Of a DNA stretch of 64,000 nt, positions 56,161 through 64,000 are shown piece after piece. This DNA is from an uncultured virus (IMG/VR IMGVR_UViG_3300044731_002104). Taxonomy: Duplodnaviria > Heunggongvirae > Uroviricota > Caudoviricetes. The DNA lies in the IMG/VR virus record IMGVR_UViG_3300044731_002104; one strand, 5' to 3'. Every line of letters starts with the position of its first letter. Position 1 is the first letter of the stretch. The notes beneath the pieces were generated by a model. It saw only the letters and a list, made by a program, of their open reading frames with translations, did no database searches and had not been told where the DNA came from. The position numbers were made by a program, and so were the translations under genes.

Positions 56161-57578
56161 AATTCACACTCACCCTCAATGGCAAAAACGAGTTTGAGCG
56201 ACAGGCCGTCTACAACCCAGAAGACTCCAGTCTGGTCTGGAAAGACAGTGGGGAGCCTTTGCCATTGCCACAGGCATTTGCTCGCCAGGAGGGCATGCAG
56301 TGGCAGCCTTTTTGGCATTTGCATCACCCCTCCAATCCGGCCGGAAAATCAAGGGCCATTCGCCACCTCAAGCTGCAGCTGGGGCTCAAATGCAATTACG
56401 CCTGCCAATACTGCTCACAGGCACACCAGCCTCATGACCTTGACGGGCACCCGGACGATGTCCAGCCTTTCATGCAGCAACTCGAGGGGTGGTTTGCTGG
56501 AGGAGAGGATGGCCGAGGTGCTGGCGTCAAGATCGAGTTTTGGGGTGGAGAACCCTTTGTTTACTGGAAATTGCTCAAGCCCCTGGGTGAGGAGGTCAAA
56601 CGTCGCTATCCCAATGCTCAGTTGTCGATCGTGACGAACGGATCGCTATTCGATGACGAAAAACTGGCTTGGGTGGAAGCGCTGGATATCGGGATTGGCT
56701 TGTCCCATGACGGACCTGCCCAGTCATACCGTGGCCCGGATCCATTGGCTGATCCTGAAAAGCTTGTCCAGATCAAGCGCTGGGTATCCAGGCGCATGCC
56801 GCTTGATCGGATGAGCTTCAACACGGTTTTGCACCGGCACAACCAATCCCTCAAGGCGGTTCGGCAGTATTTCGCTGAAAAGCTCGATCTGCCAGTGCAG
56901 GCCATTGTGCTGGCCACCGAGGAAGTGATGCTGCCCTATGACCAAGGAGGTCTCTCGCTGACGCTGGAAGGTGCTGATCTTGATCGATACCGCCACCAGA
57001 TGTTCTGGGAACTGGTGACAGGTGCTGGCATGTCGGTGGGTACGATGCGAGACAAAGTCGACGAATTCATGCGAGCGCAGGCACAGTCCAGGCCGCTGAA
57101 CTCTTTGGGCCAAAAGTGCGGCATGGACCGTGATGACTCGATTGCCGTAGACATGAAAGGCAATGTGACGACCTGCCAGAACATGAGCGCCTCGACCCGT
57201 CACAGGATCGGCCACGTTGAACAATTTGACGACATAGCGCTGAATACGGCGTACCACTTCAGCACCCGAATCGAATGCCCGCGTTGTCCCGTGGTGCAAC
57301 TTTGCAAAGGGGCCTGTTTGTTTCTGGAAGACGGTTACTGGCGCGCTGCCTGCGACAACTCGTTTTCGCACAACCTGGCGGTCATGGCCGCAGCGCTGTA
57401 CTACCAGACGCAAGGGCTGATCCTGACCCGGATTGAGGCTGATGCTATTCGTTCGTCACGACAGAACGTGATTGACGTCATCTGTCTTGCGTTTGTGGAG
57501 TCTGGTGGAGACATGCAGACCGTGGTTCCTGTCCTGCAGCTCCGAAAAGCGTTTCCGATTGCGGTCGTTGCCGCATAG
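56157..57578 (+). CDS. Radical SAM/SPASM-domain enzyme
   Basis: CNYACQYC (CX3CX2C), WGGEP, TNG, SHDG; SPASM KCG...C...CPRC.....CKGAC...C. Confidence 0.9.
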   Translation: MKFTLTLNGKNEFERQAVYNPEDSSLVWKDSGEPLPLPQAFARQEGMQWQPFWHLHHPSNPAGKSRAIRHLKLQLGLKCNYACQYCSQAHQPHDLDGHPDDVQPFMQQLEGWFAGGEDGRGAGVKIEFWGGEPFVYWKLLKPLGEEVKRRYPNAQLSIVTNGSLFDDEKLAWVEALDIGIGLSHDGPAQSYRGPDPLADPEKLVQIKRWVSRRMPLDRMSFNTVLHRHNQSLKAVRQYFAEKLDLPVQAIVLATEEVMLPYDQGGLSLTLEGADLDRYRHQMFWELVTGAGMSVGTMRDKVDEFMRAQAQSRPLNSLGQKCGMDRDDSIAVDMKGNVTTCQNMSASTRHRIGHVEQFDDIALNTAYHFSTRIECPRCPVVQLCKGACLFLEDGYWRAACDNSFSHNLAVMAAALYYQTQGLILTRIEADAIRSSRQNVIDVICLAFVESGGDMQTVVPVLQLRKAFPIAVVAA

Positions 57579-57623
57579 ATCTGCTACGAAGCCTTTCATT
57601 TCATTCTTTGTTCATTTTTTATC

Positions 57624-57657
57624 GGCCGCCATGGTTTTCCCTGGCGGCTTTTCTTTT
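57624..57657 (+). terminator. Rho-independent terminator between rSAM and lysis cassette
   Basis: GGCCGCCA...TGGCGGCT followed by TTTCTTTT. Confidence 0.7.
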
Positions 57658-57667
57658 GGAGTTACGA

Positions 57668-58051
57668 ATGCCAGAACCGACAAGCAGTGGGGTCGCCGGA
57701 GCGGCGGTCGCCTATAAAGCATTGGGAGGTTCCGCAGCTGCTGCAGCCAGTGGCGCCACCTTGGCAGCTGTGGTGGTCATGTTGATGACGCCGCCTCGCA
57801 ACAAACGCGAGTGGGCTGTTGGGCTGATCAGCACCGTGGTGTCGAGCATCGGCGGTGGTGCCATCACCGTCGAACACTTTGGACTGCATCACTGGGCTTT
57901 TTCAACCATGGGGCTTTGCGCCTTGGGTGGGTTGATCTTTGCGTGTGGACTGCCTGGGTGGGCGATGGTGCGATGGACGTTTGCTTTCATCGATAAGCGC
58001 CGTGACGATTCCATCGACCAGGTGGCCAAGGATGTGAAGGAGCTGCTGTGA
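57668..58051 (+). CDS. Putative holin
   Basis: Multiple TM segments, charged C-terminus, precedes endolysin. Confidence 0.75.
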   Translation: MPEPTSSGVAGAAVAYKALGGSAAAAASGATLAAVVVMLMTPPRNKREWAVGLISTVVSSIGGGAITVEHFGLHHWAFSTMGLCALGGLIFACGLPGWAMVRWTFAFIDKRRDDSIDQVAKDVKELL

Positions 58052-58512
58052 GACCTTCAGAGTTCATCATGCGGCTGTCAAAGCCAGCGATGGAGTCCCA
58101 GCGAAAGTCAGGGGTTCCTGCCAGCATCACGATCGCTCAGGCGGCACTTGAGTCCGCCTGGGGTGAATCAGGCCTTGCAAAAGCTGGGAACAACCTCTTT
58201 GGTATCAAGGCCGATAGCCTGTGGCAGGGTGAAACGCTGACCTTAAACACACGCGAGTTCATCAGAGGGCAATGGCTTGTTATTCCAGCCAAATGGCGAA
58301 AGTACAGCAGTTGGCAGGCCAGCATTGATGATCATGCCGCTTTTCTCAAAGGCAATCCACGCTATCAGCGCTGTTTCATGTGTCAGACCACTGAGGATTT
58401 TGCTCGTGCGCTGCTCAAGGCAGGGTATGCGACCGATCCTTCCTATACCGAAAAGCTGCTCGGATTAATTTTCCAACACAAGCTCCAGGCTTTGGATCAG
58501 GAATCGAAATGA
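58048..58512 (+). CDS. GH73 glucosaminidase endolysin
   Basis: AQAALES.WG, NNLFGIK, GYATDP.Y. Confidence 0.9.
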   Translation: MRPSEFIMRLSKPAMESQRKSGVPASITIAQAALESAWGESGLAKAGNNLFGIKADSLWQGETLTLNTREFIRGQWLVIPAKWRKYSSWQASIDDHAAFLKGNPRYQRCFMCQTTEDFARALLKAGYATDPSYTEKLLGLIFQHKLQALDQESK

Positions 58513-59018
58513 ACTGGCTCACTCGTCTATTGATTTCCAACTGGACCCTGGTCATCGTCCCCATTGTGATGCTTGGCGTCTGGCTCAATGGTGTGTGGGT
58601 GGGGGAGGGGCGTACTCAACGGGCGTGGGATGCCGAACGGCATCAGGTAGCGCTTGTTCAAGCACGGTCTGAACAAAAGTCGGCAGACATTAAACGCTCA
58701 CAGGAGCAAATCAACCATGAAATCTCAAATGAGTTCAAGCGAAAATCTGCGCGCTTGGCTGCCAATTGGCAGTCTGGTCGTCCTGTCGGGGTGTGCAGCA
58801 ACCCCCCAGATGGTGCCGAGCATTTGCCCACCGTTTCCGCAACTTCCACCAACGTTGCTGAAGCCGCCACCGACCCTTTACCTTCTGCCTCCGCAGATGA
58901 GAGACGGCTGACCTGTGACAAGCTCTATGAGGATTCAGCACAGACTACGTTGATGTTGGTTGAAATTCAGAAGTGGTACGTCGAACATTCAAAGTTGCTC
59001 TTGACTGTAGCTAGGTAA
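58509..59018 (+). CDS. Rz-like i-spanin
   Basis: N-terminal TM, coiled coil, follows endolysin. Confidence 0.75.
   Translation: MNWLTRLLISNWTLVIVPIVMLGVWLNGVWVGEGRTQRAWDAERHQVALVQARSEQKSADIKRSQEQINHEISNEFKRKSARLAANWQSGRPVGVCSNPPDGAEHLPTVSATSTNVAEAATDPLPSASADERRLTCDKLYEDSAQTTLMLVEIQKWYVEHSKLLLTVAR
58717..58911 (+). CDS. Rz1-like o-spanin lipoprotein embedded in Rz (+1 frame)
   Basis: CAGGAG RBS, ATG 58717, lipobox LSGC, Pro-rich mature part. Confidence 0.75.
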   Translation: MKSQMSSSENLRAWLPIGSLVVLSGCAATPQMVPSICPPFPQLPPTLLKPPPTLYLLPPQMRDG

Positions 59019-60132
59019 TTGCTGAAGTTCTCCGAAGCCAAAACTCAGATTTTGGCCAGCGTGCTTGGTCTTGATACCAGCTGGCCCGGTTGTTCAAATA
59101 CGTCTGCCAAATGTTTGCCAGTGCGTTGCTGTATTCATCGATACAAGGCTGAAAATGATCCGTGCTGAGCGCATCATGAATCGATGTTGATGCAGCCAGA
59201 CCTGTGTACAGCGCATTGAATATGCCTTGGGATGAGAGCGGATCAAAACACATGGCCGCGTCTCCGGTGGCCAGCCAGCGGTGTCCGGCGTATTGAGGCA
59301 GCGTGGCGCTGTTGGCTGAGCAAAAGCCGTGTTTGGCGGCTATGTCAGAAAAGTCTGTTGTCAATATTGTTTGCGCCAGGTCTGGCAGCTGCTGTGCACG
59401 CCTTAGCAACGCGTTGGGCTTGTGTGCATCTTTGGCAGAAGGCTGATCTGCATCGGTATAGAAGGCCAGCAACCTTTGTTGATTGGGAAGAACCGACGTA
59501 TACCACCAGCCATCTCTTTCGGCATGGATTTCACTTTCCTGCTCTGCGTTGGAGAGGTGACGGCCAATCATCCAGCCACAGGCAAGCTTGTCTTTGGCTT
59601 GCGGTATCAACCCCATTTGTTTGGCGAAGAATGATTTTCGGCCAGTGGCATCAACCAACCAATTGGCTTTGATGTGAATGCGCTGTCCATCGACTTCGGT
59701 TTCCACAAGCCATGATTGATCGGTGGGGTCCAGATTTCCAAAACTCAATCCCGAACACCTCAGAATTCCAGCGCCTCGTCGATGAGCTTGCTGCAGCAGC
59801 CACTCATCAAATCGAGCGCGGTCCAGATGCCAGCCATCGCCGTCCAGGTTGCGAACCGAGTCATTGAAGTAAGGTTCAGCACTGCCCCATAGTGACTTGC
59901 TCAAGCGATGGGGTTGATGGTCTTGTTCAAGAAACGAAGACCACAGCCCCATGTCTTTAAGTAAACGTGATGCAGCAGCCGGCAATGACTCCCCAACTGC
60001 TTGTGACGTGACACTCTGCTGCGTGACGATCAAAACCTTGTGAAAAGTTGCCAGATTAAGCGCCACCGTACTGCCTGCGGGGCCAGCCCCCACCACCAAA
60101 ACATCGACAAAGAGCTGGTCCCGCACAGGCAC
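59011..60132 (-). CDS. FAD-dependent LodB/GoxB-type flavoprotein
   Basis: GAGPAG, DATGR, GDAA..FDPLSSQG; abuts LodA-like gene. Confidence 0.85.
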   Translation of the reverse strand: MPVRDQLFVDVLVVGAGPAGSTVALNLATFHKVLIVTQQSVTSQAVGESLPAAASRLLKDMGLWSSFLEQDHQPHRLSKSLWGSAEPYFNDSVRNLDGDGWHLDRARFDEWLLQQAHRRGAGILRCSGLSFGNLDPTDQSWLVETEVDGQRIHIKANWLVDATGRKSFFAKQMGLIPQAKDKLACGWMIGRHLSNAEQESEIHAERDGWWYTSVLPNQQRLLAFYTDADQPSAKDAHKPNALLRRAQQLPDLAQTILTTDFSDIAAKHGFCSANSATLPQYAGHRWLATGDAAMCFDPLSSQGIFNALYTGLAASTSIHDALSTDHFQPCIDEYSNALANIWQTYLNNRASWYQDQARWPKSEFWLRRTSAIT

Positions 60133-63102
60133 TTACAAACCACGAGGGAAGCGACGCACTTTCTCAATCGTCATCAGATCAACAGAGTCAGGGCGAGTTT
60201 CACCAGCTGCGCCCAGCTTTGCATCGTCATGATGTTTGCGCGGTGCATGTCCATCACTCAAGATAGGACGGTGTTCGTCCTCTACCTGAATCACAGCAGG
60301 GAAATTTGCTCGGTCTGCTGGGCCTTCGCGCACTTCAACCACACCCATGTGGTCAAAGTGATGAATCATGTTGTTGATCTGATCCGTGTACGAACTGTCA
60401 CCCAGCGGAGCGGTCCAAGCCGCGCGATTGGCGAATGCCATCATGCGCTCTCCGAGCGACTTGCTGGTGTCCATCACGATGTCGTAGTTTTGCTTGGTCA
60501 GAACCTGGTTGGGCACACGTGCGGGCCAGAAGCTGGGCACATAAGGGTCATACGCTTTGTCGTAGCCCGAGCGGCAGCTGGCGGTGTCTGTTTGCCACGG
60601 CACGGCCATCCATCGGGTGATGCCGCCCGCCTGCTGACCGCTGAAAGGTCCGTTGGGAATCGTGATCCAGTCACTGCTCAAAACCTCGCCAATAGACGGG
60701 GCAACCCAGCCCTTGGGTGCATGCGCAAACCTGAACGGTCCCATGTACATGGTTTTGATGCGTACAGGCCATGTCATCTCGCACCCCGGGTGAAACGCAT
60801 CGGCCAAACAGAAGTCCAGAGCTGCGCGTGTCAGTGTGTCGCCTTGCGCTGCAAGTGGCACGTCTTCAATGGACTTGGGCGTCACTTGCTCAGGATCGTA
60901 GTCTTCAATGAAATCACCATTCGCCCATTGCTGCAGGAAAGCGAGCTGCGTTGCAGTCAATGACGTGTTCTGCAGGGGAGTATGGGCCGCGGGTACCGAC
61001 ATGGCGTCGCCATACAGCCATGGCCAAGGCTTGGGAGACCACGAGTCCACGTTGTCGTTGCGGAACTGATTTGCAATGGTTTTGCGTAGCTCCCTGAAGG
61101 CTGGGGACGCGCTGGACAGTCTGGCTACCACTTCCGGGCTGGTCAAATCATTTGCACCCCTCCAGCCAAAGCCGGCAGCAAAGCCACTGTTGACCCACTG
61201 CAAACCATGAAGCCGCTGGAACAGCGGGTAAATGTCCAAAGTAAAGCTTGGACGTGTGGGCATGGGCAGCATCCCGTTGGTGATGGCTACATCACGCATC
61301 AAGTCCCACATCGTGCGCACAGTTTTCAACTCAGGACCGTAGTTGGGTGGCGCCACCACCACCCAAGCAGGATCAACCATCAGTTGCAAGCCTTGGTATT
61401 TCACGCTTGCTGTCACCGGGCCGTCGGACACATCGTCATGCCAGCCTTCGTTGTTGCCAAACGTGATGGCTTTGCTGTTGTTGTAAGAAGACGAATGGCC
61501 GTGGCCGCCCAAAACAATCAGACGCCCGTTTTCGTCTGTGTGAATTTCACCCAGGTACACCGGCTTACCCATGAACTGGCCATCGTCAAAGCGCTTGGCT
61601 TTGGCGTTCTTGCCTTTCACCTTGTGTGGGTTGGGGGTGATGCTCAGCATGTTTCTGTCTGGGACACCCGGATTGCGCAAAGTGGTCGGTGGTGCAGAAG
61701 CCGCCTCCGGAATGTCCAACGCCAGCTGAAACCCGTACCAAGCTGACTTTTGGTTGGCCAGTTGAACATCCCACTCGATGTCAGCGTTGTCTGCAGTCAG
61801 CTCTCGCACGATCTCGCCCTTGGCATTGAGTCCGTAAATGCGGAACCTGGCGGCCTGCCGTTTGAGGCGATGATGTGCGTCCCGGTAAGAGCCTGGCGGA
61901 AAGGGGGCCGGGTCTGGCACCTCTGGCCCCAGAAACCATTCATCAGGACTGTTGCCTACACGCGCCACCCCAATAGACGGGTAGATGGCCGCTTTCACAA
62001 TGCAGGTGTCGACGGGTCCATACATTTGAATGGCGGGTTCGGCCGTGGCCTCCTGTACTTGATGGAAAGGACATGCCGATGCAGCTGGCCTCGGTTCTGT
62101 GGGGTCTTGCAAGGGCTGGCCATTGGCTTCGTGCCTCAAGCGTGCGCCTTCGCGGTAGACCATTTTGCGAGCCACGGCAATCGAGCCCACTGGCGCTTGC
62201 TCTGGCGGCACACGCCAGATGTTGAAGCTCAAGCCTTGTCCGTATTCCGACTGGCCACGCAAAGTGATGTCTTGCCTGGGCAGTGTGAGTGTGGCCACAT
62301 GCACAAACGGACTTTCTGTCTCGGGCCATTCCACTGTGGCCTGATCCAACGGCATGGTTTCGGGATTGGTTCGCAACTGAACCATGAACTTGAACTGATA
62401 GCCGTCATGGGACAAGCGATTGCACATATCCACCGCCAGGTAGTCGGCCTGATCATTGGGCACGTTCTCGGGTGGTGTAACTGGATCGAGACGGTATTTG
62501 ACGTATTGCTTCTCGCCTGCCATGAAAGGCAGGATGGCCCAATAGGTTGTGGTGAGCACACTGCCTTCGACCTTGGCCATGCGATCCAGAATCGCAGCGG
62601 TTTTGGGGTGCTTTTTCAGGTAGCTGGGGTAGTCTTTTTGCACCACACCGGCATAGGTAAACTCGGTCATCTCTTGGGCGTTGTCCACAAAGAAGACCGG
62701 AAAGTTCTGCATGATGAAGTCGGCCGTATCGCCATCATCACCCAGTGCTTTGACACCCGGGACGCCAAAAAGTTTGATGCCAACCCCAAGCGTGGACTTC
62801 AAGTCCGGCGATGTGGGCGTTGTGTCACTCGAAAAACGCACCCATGCTTGCAAGCGCTCATGCGTGAAGATGCCGACCTTCAGAGCCTCGGGAATGTTTG
62901 GTTGTAGCACCCATTCGGCACTGGCTACACCATGCAGCTTGCGGAACACCGCCCGTTCGGCAGGTCGCTGGCCCAGTTGAATGCGACGGTCTTGCGCAAC
63001 GCCGACGAACATTTCGGTCAGCCGCTCAGGAGCTTCTTCCGGATTATCAAAGCAAGGGGGAATAGGGTATTGCATACATGAACCTTTTGGATATGGGTAC
63101 AT
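60133..63102 (-). CDS. LodA/GoxA-family CTQ oxidase with N-terminal catalase-like domain
   Basis: IYPSIGVARVGNS, KRQAARFRIY, FHPGCEMTW (Cys), MAVPWQTD (Trp); N-terminal FRKLHG...RFS...DF..QN.PVFF. Confidence 0.88.
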   Translation of the reverse strand: MYPYPKGSCMQYPIPPCFDNPEEAPERLTEMFVGVAQDRRIQLGQRPAERAVFRKLHGVASAEWVLQPNIPEALKVGIFTHERLQAWVRFSSDTTPTSPDLKSTLGVGIKLFGVPGVKALGDDGDTADFIMQNFPVFFVDNAQEMTEFTYAGVVQKDYPSYLKKHPKTAAILDRMAKVEGSVLTTTYWAILPFMAGEKQYVKYRLDPVTPPENVPNDQADYLAVDMCNRLSHDGYQFKFMVQLRTNPETMPLDQATVEWPETESPFVHVATLTLPRQDITLRGQSEYGQGLSFNIWRVPPEQAPVGSIAVARKMVYREGARLRHEANGQPLQDPTEPRPAASACPFHQVQEATAEPAIQMYGPVDTCIVKAAIYPSIGVARVGNSPDEWFLGPEVPDPAPFPPGSYRDAHHRLKRQAARFRIYGLNAKGEIVRELTADNADIEWDVQLANQKSAWYGFQLALDIPEAASAPPTTLRNPGVPDRNMLSITPNPHKVKGKNAKAKRFDDGQFMGKPVYLGEIHTDENGRLIVLGGHGHSSSYNNSKAITFGNNEGWHDDVSDGPVTASVKYQGLQLMVDPAWVVVAPPNYGPELKTVRTMWDLMRDVAITNGMLPMPTRPSFTLDIYPLFQRLHGLQWVNSGFAAGFGWRGANDLTSPEVVARLSSASPAFRELRKTIANQFRNDNVDSWSPKPWPWLYGDAMSVPAAHTPLQNTSLTATQLAFLQQWANGDFIEDYDPEQVTPKSIEDVPLAAQGDTLTRAALDFCLADAFHPGCEMTWPVRIKTMYMGPFRFAHAPKGWVAPSIGEVLSSDWITIPNGPFSGQQAGGITRWMAVPWQTDTASCRSGYDKAYDPYVPSFWPARVPNQVLTKQNYDIVMDTSKSLGERMMAFANRAAWTAPLGDSSYTDQINNMIHHFDHMGVVEVREGPADRANFPAVIQVEDEHRPILSDGHAPRKHHDDAKLGAAGETRPDSVDLMTIEKVRRFPRGL

Positions 63103-63892
63103 GCATTCGAACGCAATCTCTCTGAAAAAACACCTACCAAATCCAATAGGTCTGCATTTAATTCAAAATATTTATCGCGATCTTCTGAAAAAGTTGAATA
63201 CGCATCCAGCGTTTCATAAGACCCATTTATCTATTGATCAAGTGAGGCCGGATCTCCGAGAGGCAAATGGACTTCGTGAATTTCCCTGTGGTACACGTGA
63301 ACTCAAGATAGCCTGTCATCTGCACATTAATCAGGGGGTCAAAGTGATCGCGGATGGCGCGAGAAGAGCCTTCGTGGATTGTGGCTTGCAGGGGTAGCTG
63401 GGCTGCCATGCCTGGCGTCATGGCAATCCTCGGTGATACATGAACAAAGTCAATCTTCGCTCCAGCACACTGTAAGCTGAACTGCCCACGGTCCAGTTCT
63501 ATCGGTAAAGGCGAAAGATTGATGAGTTGTAAATAAACCCGTGCAGAGGTGACTTGCCCTAGGTCTAATTGCGCAGACTCGCCGCGAGGAACCAGGTCGC
63601 AATAGACCAGATTGGACAGACGCTCGGCGGTTTAGTAGCGACGGAGAAGAAAAGTAGGAAAATACCGGATCAGTACTTTGCCGATGCTGTAGATCGGGAA
63701 GAAGGTAGAAGACAACAAGAAAAACTTCTATAAAGATTGAAGGCTATTGGGCGCCTAACGAATTAGACGAAAACACCGCCAGACAAAAAAGCTAATAAAA
63801 ATAGTAGGTTGGCCTGGGTTGAGGTTCCGGATCGGTCGAAATAGACTCAAACTGCATCAAGATTCAATAAACCTGAAGGATGTAACAGATAC

Positions 63893-64000
63893 ATGAATAA
63901 CCAAGCAAAAAAACGCCGGAGCATCGTGGCAATGATTGGGATTTCATTGATGGGAATTCTTCCAGTCGCAGCAGATGCCCGTGGCGGAAGACGAGGTGGC
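63893..64000 (+). CDS. Partial ORF with signal-peptide-like start
   Basis: MNNQAKKRRSIVAMIGISLMGILPVAADARGG; runs off window. Confidence 0.35.
   Translation, partial: MNNQAKKRRSIVAMIGISLMGILPVAADARGGRRGG

Larger units (their letters stand above)
12350..59018. mobile_element. Prophage (HK97-type head, lambda-like non-contractile tail, serine recombinase); borders approximate
   Basis: Recombinase, primase, terminase, portal, capsid, tail and lysis genes in canonical order; att sites not identified. Confidence 0.9.

Noticed and set aside
63103..63892. Possible genes or RNA in the AT-rich terminal spacer
   Set aside because: Only short unconvincing ORFs and no clear structure identified.

Overview
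Betaproteobacteria-like (probably Comamonadaceae; inferred from gene style) chromosomal window. It begins with a host TRAP transporter (dctP/Q/M) and tRNA-Lys(TTT). Next is a visibly lower-GC defence-like island (~2.8-12.1 kb): DNA methyltransferase, ATPase, HEPN-motif and MazG-like genes converge on a PRTase-like/ATPase/unknown triad and a DUF2971-type gene. An apparently complete HK97/lambda-like siphoviral prophage follows (~12.3-59.0 kb). It has a serine recombinase, a two-gene operon behind a LexA box, a type VI-like retron (structured ncRNA, an unannotated 47-aa ORF with an occluded RBS, HTH, RT), an AbiE toxin-antitoxin pair, P4-type primase, head and tail genes and lysis genes with an embedded Rz1. 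The most unusual element lies in the tail operon: a tail-fibre-like protein with 14 Cys in its last 36 residues (Cys-Asn repeats), followed by a tightly overlapping set of three 2OG-Fe(II) oxygenases and a radical SAM/SPASM enzyme, which looks like RiPP-style maturation machinery for a virion protein. The window ends with a catalase-fused LodA/GoxA-type CTQ oxidase and its flavoprotein. All family assignments come from motif recognition by eye; no searches were run.
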